Of a stretch of 64,000 nucleotides of DNA, positions 1-10,565 are shown piece by piece. Each line of letters opens with the position of its first letter. Position 1 is the stretch's first letter. The notes under the pieces were generated by a model. The model had not been told where the DNA came from and searched no databases. It saw nothing but the letters and a program-made list of their open reading frames with translations. The stretch lies in assembly GCA_964106915.2 (NCBI GenBank), contig OZ066919.1. One strand, written 5' to 3'. Origin of the DNA: Podarcis gaigeae. Lineage: Eukaryota. Both the position numbers and the translations under genes were made by a program.

Positions 1-3000
1 AAAGTAAACAAAACGGCAGAACAAACTCAGAAATCAATACATTAAATTATTAAAGCAAGCCAAATTTTGTGTGTGCCAAACTCAGAGTTTCAAAGGCTCT
101 CTAAAAAAAACACCAGATCTTTGTCTCCTGTTTGAAGATCAGCAGGGAGTGAAAAGAGCAATTTATAGCATGCCAAAGGCACTTGGCACTCATATGTCTC
201 TGCCTCCAAGATGCTTACAATCTAGCAAGGGATGAATGCAAGCTAATGCAATGGCATGTAGTAAGTCTTGGTTACATTTGTATACTATGTATGGTGTAGT
301 CTTTGCAAGTTGCTCAGTTCTTAAATTGTAAATACTCACAAACATACATTTTATTTTAATCTTAGGAAAATAAATTGCCCTGCCCTAAAAATACTTGCCC
401 TTGTTTCTGGGTGTCCTGGACATGGATTATAAGAAGCAAAAGTTTGGGTTTATTACATAAAAATGCAAATAATAAAATAAATCCTAAAAGTACAATTTAT
501 TTTTTTCTAAAAAAAATTACACCTCAAAAACTTGAAAATGAGAGTGCGGCTTTTAAATGGTACATATGATTGGGGCTCTGGGGTATCATAACTCACTTCT
601 ACTTAGCGTCTCTGTTCTGCTATCTATGAAACAGGCATGCCAGCATATACTGCACATAAACACTTAATACTCTACAATGTGACCTAAGATTCCTGGATAA
701 AGGGTAATGCTCATTGTGTGCTGAGTGGTATTATACAGGGATTTTCAAAGGGGTGCCAATTCTAATTTAATACACTGTGCCCTTCTAAATCTACAAATTT
801 GGTTTGTTTTCCACAGGAGGGGGCCAGAACCACAGGAGAGGTCGACACAGGTTCTTCAACACTAGGAAAAAAAGCTGGCTCCTGAGGAATGCCCCTGGGG
901 ATTCTGGGAAAGTCCTTATCAGCTTGTAGTTGACAGTGCTGACAGCAGAAACTTTTCTCTTTATGTCTGCTGAACAGGTTTGGAAAGCCTCCCTGTTTAC
1001 CCAAAAGCCAATCAAAACCTGGTCTCTGTATGGGATTCTGAGAACATTGGGTCAAGAGGTGAGAGGTGTGATGTTTGGTTTTCTTCTTGTGGAGAATGCC
1101 AGCTATTCCGGCCTAGGCTGTTTAATTTGCAGTCAAACATGTTTCTCTATCTGGCTCCAAAGAGGCTCGGAGAAGGAAGGACCCCACCCAAGTTAGTGTT
1201 TACCCTTTGTTCTTTCCCTGGGGCCAACCTTGACTTCTTATCAGCTTGTATGAAGTAAACAGGTACTGAAGGCAGGAAGAAGGGTGTGGAGGATGCTGTG
1301 TTTTCTTGTTCATTCCCCCTCCCTAGAGAAAGTGTTTATCAAAACAGTTGTGTTTTGTTGGGGGATTTTATTATCTCCTCCCTTCTTCTAACTATTTCGT
1401 AACTGAGAGAGAAAGCATTTTCCTTTTGCCAAGGAAAGTCTGTCTGTCTGTAAAAGTACCAGATCAAGCTGCTAAGGCTGACTTTTTATTCAAACACTCA
1501 ATTCCAAATTAGGGGGCAAGCAAATGTGGTTCAGAGCAGCAAAGAGGAACAGCTAGACAAAGCGTTAGGTCAAAATACATATCTTAATTGGAATAAGGCT
1601 CTCCAGTTATGTGCAGCTACAAAGTAATTCCTAGTGGTGAGAGCACCTTAATTTATTTAGTTGGATAAGAGCACCCTTAATGCATCTTATCTTCTTAAAT
1701 TTCTCATTGACCTGGTCAGCACATCACAAAAAGTCAAACTAGGTCTTTGCTATAGCTCATGGTTAGCAAGGAGAGAGCTGAACTACAAGCCCACGTTCAG
1801 ACAACAAAACCAACCAAACACTCTTGATACATCCTTGATTTGGATGCAAAGTCTTTTAACACAAGGAATATTTGAATTAAGCGCTGGTTGACTATCCCGC
1901 AATCTTCACATCTGCAGAACTGTCCATTCTCCATGAAAGTGTTTATGGAGATATTTGGCAACTTTCCAGGATGCAGATTAAACTCAAGAATTTTCATCTT
2001 ACCTTAAATACAATGTGGTTGTTGGGAGAGTTTCTTTTGATTTTTATTATTTTGAAATAGCCTTGCAGCTACTTTGAAAAGCAGCCTCAAGCTCTGGGTG
2101 TATCCCTGGCACAAAATGTCCCTGGAAACAAATGCTACACAACGGATGAATGGCTCCCCCAACCCACCCCCCAAGAAAGATGTTACATCAAGATACAGTA
2201 TTATTTCCATGGGGCATTCCATCCCAGTAATACAAGCAGAACAGCTGGCAAAGCTTTGTGTTGTTAGAAAAAGAAAACCTTGACATCTTGTTTTTAAGGC
2301 AATTTGACGAATTTTGAAATTCACCTGCACCTGAACATCAATCCAATCTTCAAGGATCACTTTTGCCCCAACCCCCAAAATTTACAAAAACCAAAGGCCA
2401 AATACTTTGACTCAGTACCAATTAGAATGGCATACACATCCAACTTACTATTTCAAACTTGCTGCAATTATTCATAGTTAATGCTCTTAATATTTCATGG
2501 GAACAGCTAAAGCAGGGAGGAAGAGGCAAAAATGGAATAAGGGCCTTTCTAGACTCTAATCTCATTGCATAGCAATGTACAATTATGATTATTCAGTTGT
2601 CATAAGGTATCCAGACATTTCCCAAGGCAGAGCAGGAGAAGACTAACAATGTTGCATTAGCAATGAATCTGTACGATTTTGTTGCCGGGGAAAAGAAATT
2701 CCCTCCCCACACAAGCACATACCAACACCTCAACACCTTGCGACAAGACCTGACTCCCAAATCCATTTGATGGGGACAGACTCTTCACTATACTAGCACT
2801 GGTCTAATAAAGCATGAAGAAGAAGAAGAAAAACTTAGAGAGTTTTGTTAATGTTTTTTGATACAGCAATCTTTAACTGTTCATTGGGAGGGCAATTCAA
2901 GCCCCTCTCAAAAAAGAGCTGCCATTTACAAAGGGGAAACTAAAACAATTTCAGCTAGCCTAGATATTTGTGGCTAAACCATATTCAGAGGCAAAGGACA

Positions 3001-3270
3001 TGGGCGAGGATAAGTTCTTACAGTAGAAAGTGTAGAACGTGGCTGTCCAGGACTTACATTGCACCTAAGCAAGGACACATTAAACAACCCTGGGTAAGTA
3101 TCTCTCTGCCTCAGGACATCAGTGTAGAATATCAGTGCCTCATCTTGGAATTTACAAACAGAAAACACATTATATTTGCATGTGAGAAATGTAGAGACAC
3201 AAAGGTCGGTCCTCTGAAATCACATGAAATGTCTGTCACAAGAAGGCCACTCAAACACAGGCTGTCTTAC

Positions 3271-3393
3271 CTGTTGCAGCATAATTGCTTGCTGCTGCTG
3301 CAGCAGAGCTTGGAGCTGAGGAGGAGACAGGATTTGTTGCATCTGCTGTGGGGTGATCATCTGAGGAGACATCATGGCCACAGACACTGGAAC
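3271..3393 (-). CDS. FOXP4: FOXP4 third coding exon (41 codons: [41 protein letters not shown])
   Basis: Lies inside ORF 3220..3576. Acceptor ctttgtttctgcag|GTT and donor CAG|[23 protein letters not shown] is FOXP4-type. Phase 0/0. Confidence 0.97.
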
Positions 3394-3925
3394 CTGCAGA
3401 AACAAAGGACGGTGGATGATGGCATATGCTATACCCAAATGAAAGGGTGTAGGTAGGAGAACAGGGAAAGAAGGTACAACTACATTGATTCTTCCTGGCA
3501 TGTGGGCAAGAGCAAGATGCTTGTTACTGTTACAAGTACTGCCAGGCTGACTGGCTCCCGGCACATCCCCTCTCAAAACTTCACAAGGACACGACCTTAG
3601 AGTTGAGATAAACTGGTCTGTCCAATCCTACAACTTTTACCCATGACAGACCAAACACAGTGAGGCAAGTCCAGGGCAAAAGCTAATCTTAAGACCACAA
3701 AAATAAATAAATCATTTGTCAGACACCCTAATTCTGTTGCTTCACTTTCTACAGGTAATTTAACACAGTACAAAATATTGTAGAACTTGAACTAGTTTTG
3801 AACTTGAGGTTAGACTGAAACAAACACAGACACTTTGAGCACCGATGGCTCCATAATACCACTTCTTTGCCTTTGGAAAAAGCTATTGCTTGTAGATGAT
3901 GATGGTGATATGATTTACCCTTAAT

Positions 3926-4278
3926 GGGACGCTGGTGGCTGTGTGGGTTAAACCACAGAGCCTAGGGCTTGCCGATCAAAAGCTCAGCGGTTCGAATCCC
4001 CGCGACGGGGTGAGCTCCCATTGCTCGGTCCCTGCTCCTGCCAACCTAGCAGTTCGAAAGCACATCAAAGTGCAAGTAGATAAATAGGTATCGCTCTGGC
4101 GGGAAGGTAAACGGCGTTTCCGTGCACTGCTCTGGTTCGCCAGAAGCAGCTTAGTCATGCTGACCACATGACCCGGAAGGTGTACGCCGGCTCCCTCGGC
4201 CAATAAAGTGAGATGAGCGCCGCAACCCCTGAGTCGGCCACAACTGGACCTAATGGTCAGGGGTCCTTTACCTTTTTT
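3926..4278 (+). mobile_element. Sauria SINE, full length (subfamily A)
   Basis: tRNA-like head GGGACGC.GGTGGC..TGTGGGTTAAA, B-box GGTTCGAATCC, core CCAACCTAGCAGTTCGAAAGCAC..GTGCAAGTAGATAAATAGG, and ACCTTT tail. Possible TSD CCCTTAAT at 3918-3925 and 4283-4290. Confidence 0.92.
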
Positions 4279-4839
4279 ATGCCCCTTAATATATTTAAAT
4301 TATCTCTAAGAAGTGTACAGAAAATGAAAGCAACAGCAGACAACTTAAACAAAAGTATTACAAAAATACACAGTTACATATAAAAATGTTACATTGATAC
4401 AAAGGTCTCACCCAGGGTCTAAACAAACTCTCAGCTCACCCACAAAAGTCTCACAACGAGAAGAGCTTCTGAAAGGTTATTATTGCTGTGGTATGCACTG
4501 CTATGAAAGAACCTTTTCCCTGTCACTATTTTTTTGAACCCCTCTTGGAAGGGAAACTTGAAGAAGGAACTCAAAGGTTGATCATAAGGAAGGGAATGTA
4601 GGTGCTTGGGGAAATTAGGAGGGTGCTTTGGGGATTAGGGAGATTAGGGTTATCAATTTATTTCTGGAAAAAGTCAGGCCAAGGTGAGCAGAGGAGAAGT
4701 TTGCCCAACACACACCACTTTACTGGCATGGCCTTCCCAGCATCACCTTAAATCACTAGTTTTGAAGAACAGAAGTTCTGTGAGGATGTTGAGGGTCATA
4801 ATGATTTTCAGCATTCTTTACACAACAAAGGCTCTAATC

Positions 4840-5039
4840 CAGGGGTAGGCAACCTAAGGCCCATGGGCCAGGTGTGGTCCAATCACCTGAATGTGTCCTT
4901 TTATTTAAAATGCATCGCTGAGTTATTTGTGGAGCATAGGAATTCGTTCATTTCTTTTTCTTCAAAATGTAGTCCGGCCCCCCACATGGTCTGAGGGACG
5001 GTGGACTGGTCCACGGCTGAAAAAGGTTGCTAACCCCTG
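4840..5039. mobile_element. hAT-superfamily MITE
   Basis: TIRs CAGGGGTAGGCAACCT / AGGTTGCTAACCCCTG (14/16). Perfect 8-bp TSD CTCTAATC at 4832-4839 and 5040-5047. Confidence 0.92.
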
Positions 5040-5697
5040 CTCTAATCTCAGGAGTTCTTCTGGGTTCAAAAATTTACATTTGTATGGCTTTAATGCAGCT
5101 GCTTACACAATTCAATGTAACTCCTGGAGATATTCCAAAGCAGGCATGTCCAAAGTCCATTTGGGGGGCCTAATGTGGCCCGCTGGTCGGTTTAATCCGG
5201 CCCATGTGGCAGTTTATTTCCTGGGGTAAAAACCCTCAACAACTTAAATCCCTTAAAAAAGGATTTAAAGGTACATGTTTTAACTCAAGGCTGAAAATGG
5301 AAACCAAAAGTCAGAAGAACTCTGGTGAAAGTGGCCTGCTCTCTGCAAACCACCATTAAGAGATCCAAAAACCACTATTCTAGGTATTTTCTCCTAGCTC
5401 AGAAAAAAATCGGTGTAGAATCAGGTTGATAAATATGAGTGGTGTCAAACTGTTATTTAAAGCATTTGTATTTGGCCTTTTCACATTTGCTCAAGGCATC
5501 TCACAATGTATTTAATACAGAAGTACAATGAAAACCAAATCTAACCAAAAATAATCAGCATAATTTTTTTCCTCCTTACACTCCAGACTACAACGCAATT
5601 CTTACTTCTACATTCAATGACTTTAAATAACTGCTTCTTTGTACCCCATATAACTTCACCTGTGAGATAAGTAGGCTGTGAATGGTTACATATAGGT

Positions 5698-6142
5698 CGT
5701 GGTGGTCCAACTTTCATACCAAGTGGGCCGCAAGAGTACTTTGGCACAGAAAACACAGGCCGCACACTGCCTTGTTGCTTGAAGAGTGGGGAGCAGAAGG
5801 CCAAAATCGGACACACACACCCAGCCCTCACGCTGCCTTCTCAAAGCTAGCTAAGCAAGGCAGCAGGCTTTGGGGAGGAGGGTGTGAGGCTCCTAGAGCC
5901 CTCCCAGCTCCTTCCCAAAGCTGGGAAGGCCCTAACTAGGCTTTGGGAAGAAGGCTGGACTCTAGGACCCTGTCAGAGCCATCACACCTCCTTCCTCAAG
6001 CCCAGCACTTTGCTTAACCAGCTTTGGGAAGGCATCTGTAGGGGGAAGGTGTCAAATGTTGCTGAGGGGTGCCAAAAGAGGCCCTGAGGGGCACCAGAAG
6101 AGGCTTTAAGTGGCGCTTGGGTTGCACTTTGGACCATCCCTG
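5698..6142. mobile_element. hAT-superfamily MITE with a GC-rich interior
   Basis: Perfect 8-bp TSD ATATAGGT at 5690-5697 and 6143-6150. Imperfect TIRs C-GTGGTGGTCCAA / TTGGACCATCCCTG. Confidence 0.8.
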
Positions 6143-7989
6143 ATATAGGTCAATAAAAACAGCTTGAATTGGGTTTGGAGACTCACTGGCAGCCACTGTA
6201 ATTGCCTCAGAACCAAATGCAGGAACTCTTCCCTGCCTACACTCACCTGCAGCTAGGCTAAAGCATTCCACACTAGTTACAGCTTTCAAACAGCCTGAAA
6301 GGACAGACCTATATAGACCAAACATAGTCTTTGTTATTATCTGAAGTAACAAAGGCATAGATAATGGTTCTTACCATCTGGAAACAAGTACAGCCAGTGT
6401 ATCAGAGCCGTAGCAGTACTGACTGACCCAGGAACGTACCAGCCTACATCCCTGCTCTAAGAGTCCTACAGCACAACAGGAAAACCTGCCACTCCAATTC
6501 CCATCAGCATCACTTTTAGTCTTACCCCGATTAAGCCTCAGTTCATTAATTAAGCCTCATCCATCTAACCACAACCTTCACACACTAGCTATGGAAAGAG
6601 GCAGCAATTTCTAGCTTCATTGGTAACAAAATATAAAAGCTGGGTGCCATCCATATACTGCTTATTCCCAATCCCTAAAACTCATGGTACTTCTTTACTG
6701 CAGGTTTCTCTATTTTCAGTTAAATGCTTTAGTGTTGGACAAGAATGGAAAGAAAATAATATGGACATAGGAGTTTTGCATGGCATTCCCTCACAGAATG
6801 AACTGATGGCACCTATCCTATAATTTCTTTCATCTACCATGTGACTAGGTTTCAATTCCGTGGGGGCAGAGATAAGGTGTCAAATTAGTGTGCTCTTGTT
6901 AGGAAGAGAGAATAAATGTAGTGAGCAAGTTATTCCACCTTCCTTCTAAGACTACTTTGCTTATCATACCTCCATACATACAAGGAAAGTAGTAGTGGAA
7001 ATAAGTCCATCTAGGCAGGAATTGATTGACTGGTTTAATAATCGCATGGTCATGGGGTCACAATTGGATCATTCCACACACCTCTGGCTTGAAGTGAGAG
7101 TGGAAGAAGACCAGGAAAGATGCAAGAGCCTACAGATTTCTGAGCCCATTGATTTCTATCAATGAGGGTGAAGTGTGTTTAAGGTGCAGATTGTGCAGGT
7201 GTGGAAAGTATGGAAAGAGAGGCTCACGAAGGGTGTATTAAAGAGATGAGCTCTACTTGAATAACTGTCAGTACATATTTTAAATTGATGTTCCTGGAGA
7301 AGGGTTAACAAGTGCACAGAAACACCAGTCTCCAAGCTACCTATCCCTTAGGGATTCAGTGCACCTTTTTGAATAATGTGGCATATTAAATATTATTGCT
7401 ATAATAGCAATAGTGGCAGCAGCAGTAATAAGAACAATAACCACAGCTTATTCTCAGAGTGAAGGTTGCTTCAACTGTCATGCAATTCCTGCATGGAAAA
7501 CCTTTGGTGTAAGGTAAAACACAAAAAATCCGAACACAGACACACACACTGTGATCAACTGTATGTTCATGCAGTGACATTTGCATCAGAAGCAGGAAAT
7601 CAACTGGACAAGCACTGGGAAGATGGCAAAGGTGTTAGAAGAACACTGAAGTAGTAAGGGGCTTTTAAAAAAGCTATTCCATTCATCAGGCTTCACTGCA
7701 AAGAGCATTTGAAGAATACCCACATTTTCTCAGCACCACAGATGAAGAACTCTGTCATGTAAAAAGTGACAATAGAGTGACTTTCAGAACCAACTGACAA
7801 AATTTACAGGCTTGGCTATTATAATACACAATTTTCCTAGGAATGAAATTCCTGCATGGAGGGCTCTCTGGAGCAGGCATTCCACTCTCACTAGCATAAA
7901 AGTTTTTCGAGCTAAATAAAGTGTCCTGGGTCTTTTCTATCTGCAAAAGGCCTGCAGATTCTCTATTACCGGGAATATTCTTCATAGAG

Positions 7990-8338
7990 TAGTGGTTCCC
8001 TGACCACCAGCACCCCACATGGCACAATTGAAAATTGCTGAAGGTCTTGGAGGACCACTTAATGATTTTTCTGCTGTTGTTCCAATTGTTGCACTAGATG
8101 ATGTATTGTATTTTTATTGCTTGTTTTATTTCTTATATATTGCATTCTATTGTATTCCATGGAATTCATATGGTTATACAATAAAAGAAGTAAAAGAAGC
8201 AATTAAAAATAAATATTTTTAATTTGATGGAAATGCTGTTTGCTGTCTTCAACCATAAATCCACAAACATGCTGCAGACCATCTGAATGAAGCTCACAGA
8301 CCACTGGTGGTCTATGGACCATAGTTTTGGAACCCCTG
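7990..8338. mobile_element. Degenerate hAT MITE
   Basis: Ends TAGTGGTTCCC... and ...TTTTGGAACCCCTG. Flanks TCATAGAG / TCTTGGAG (6/8 TSD match). Confidence 0.55.
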
Positions 8339-10482
8339 TCTTGGAGAATAAAGGCACCATTTGGAGTTAATGCTCCAATAATTGAATTGTATACAAAGGG
8401 AAGAGATGGTTCCTAGAAGGTGGAAGATGATGAAGGACTCACCAGACCTAGGCTATGTGGGGAGTAATTGAAATGATATGACACGCACACATAGACACAC
8501 ACACCTTGTCAGATCATGTGCTGCTCCACGAGCCTTCACTTTGTGAAAAATGACTATTGGTTTCCAAGACCAGGACCTTTATCCCAGTTGCCACTGAAAC
8601 TAAGGAATGACCTCCCAGCTGAAGTTAGAGGATGTTCCTCCTTTTGTCTTCAGTAAGAGAGGAAAGATACATCCGCTTTGTAAACCACTCTGAGCAAAGG
8701 AAAAGGGGCATCTAAATCACTTTAATCAAATTAATCAGGGAATGCAAATGATTGCTCCATTTCATCCATGCCTTTCTCTTAAGTAGAGAAAATAAACTTT
8801 CCAGTTGGGATTAGCACTCTATTGCACTGTTGTGAAAGAACAAAGAATGTCCAGAAATAGCTCAAATTTGGGGTGCATTCAAAACATCTGTCCCAGCCCC
8901 TCCAGAATATACACGAAATACAGCTAATGCAATCTGAAACTCTCATCCCTCTTGTGTCCCTTGTCAGGGATGCACTGTCCCCTCCATCCCAGTTTGAAAT
9001 CGAACAACTCAATGAAGATACTGCAGTGAATAGTCTTCACCCTTCCACTGGACCACTCAGGATGGAAAAGGCTGCAGTTTGTCACATGAAGCAGATCAAA
9101 CTCACCATCAACCTGGCAAGTGTGACAACCTGGAGGGCAATCTTACCTTTAGTTTTACAAGGAGTTTAATACTTCACTCAGAAGGAGGAACCTGAGCAGA
9201 GGGAATTCTACCAGGGAATTTCTCCCCCCTTCTGTCCTGTTGGTTCAAGCATTCAGGAGCTTGCTGACCTTTGGGGCAGGTTGCAAGTCTTATCTGTTTA
9301 CTCAGGTTGCTGGCTTGAGGGAGGTGCCCAAATTTTCATTTGTTATTCCAGAAGTCACTTTGAGTCAACTTACAAAGTTAATTATTAACTGCTGTGGGCT
9401 TGCTCCAAAACTGCTAAAGAGGCACCATTAACCAGAATCAGTCCATGAAGCAAAGCTGCAAGACCCTTGTTCCTCCCTAACAAAATCCAGACTGTCTAAC
9501 CTTCTTCATGCTGGACAGAGATTCTAGTCCATCAATATAGCACAGTTAGTTGCAAAGTTCTTCCAACATTCACCTGAAAGAATCTTGTGCAAAACCTAAT
9601 ATAATACTGGCAGCACAACATGGAAAAGCCATTGGTGAGGTATTCCACTAAATTATAGTGGAGTAGTTAATATAAAGCCTTGTTATCATAGCAAAACCAT
9701 GGCCTCTGCAACCTGTATTTCACTGATGTACATTGCTACTAGTATTTTGTGCTTTGTCTAACCAACGGAATGGGTGTTCCAACATGCAAGTAGCAATGAA
9801 AATCAACATAGAAACTCAGGCAGCAGTACCAGGAGAATGAGAAAGAATGGAGTTGATGCCCACTCACTAGGAGACAAGCATCACGCTAATTTCCCTTTGC
9901 TGTTCATCAGCCTGCAATGTGCTCTGAATGAGAGCCTGTAATTAATTGCTCATCTGCATCCCCCATCTGAACTCCCTTCCCCACCAACCCCCACCACTAC
10001 ACCGTGCATCCAGCTTGATACACGTTGGCTGGCATTTTCAAAATCGGAGGCATTCTAATTACCGGAGAGTTATAACACCTTCCATTTCGCGCCCGTCGGA
10101 CTGACACCCTGTCAAGAGCAAAGAGACTTGCCAGAGGTTTTGACAACACTAATTGCCCCTATAATCTAAAAACACAAAGGAGAGGCGATTAGTCGTGAGG
10201 GCCGCAGCTCTCGATCCGACATGAGGTTTTCACAACGTTACAAGAAAACAAAAGCAGTGCCTTTTAGAGTGTGATGGCTGCTAACAAAGCAGAATTATAT
10301 TTTCATACAAACCTTTGTCTACATCAAATCGCTTTCCCCTTTCTCTTAAAATGCTAAGCTGACACAGAGAATGGTGGGGGCTCCTTAGGAAGAGGGGCAG
10401 GAAAGAAGATAAAAGATACATGAGCAATGGTTCTTACAAGATGGGAGTATTCTTAGGACTCAAGAGGCCTCCAGATTTCTTG

Positions 10483-10565
10483 AAGAAGTGTGCATGCACA
10501 CGAAAGCTCATACCAAGAACTGACTTAGTTGGTCTTTAAGGTGCTACTGGAAGGAATTTTTTTTG
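10483..10565 (+). mobile_element. Penelope-like retroelement terminal fragment carrying a minimal hammerhead-like motif
   Basis: Perfect 13-bp TSD TCCAGATTTCTTG at 10470-10482 and 10566-10578. Sequence (T)TGAAGA-A-GTGTGCATGCACAC-GAAA-GCTCA...TTAGTTGGTCTTTAAGGTGCTACT resembles, from memory, reptile PLE terminal repeats. Confidence 0.72.

Noticed and set aside
1-3270. Next FOXP4 exon (LQEYYKKQQEQL...)
   Set aside because: Searched the minus strand by eye and did not find it; it presumably lies beyond coordinate 1.
2968-3456. 162-aa + strand ORF with [14 protein letters not shown]
   Set aside because: Antisense shadow of the FOXP4 CAG-rich exon; no independent protein features.
3220-3576. 118-aa ORF as a standalone gene
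   Set aside because: Only 3271-3393 is exonic; the rest is intron read-through past clear splice sites.
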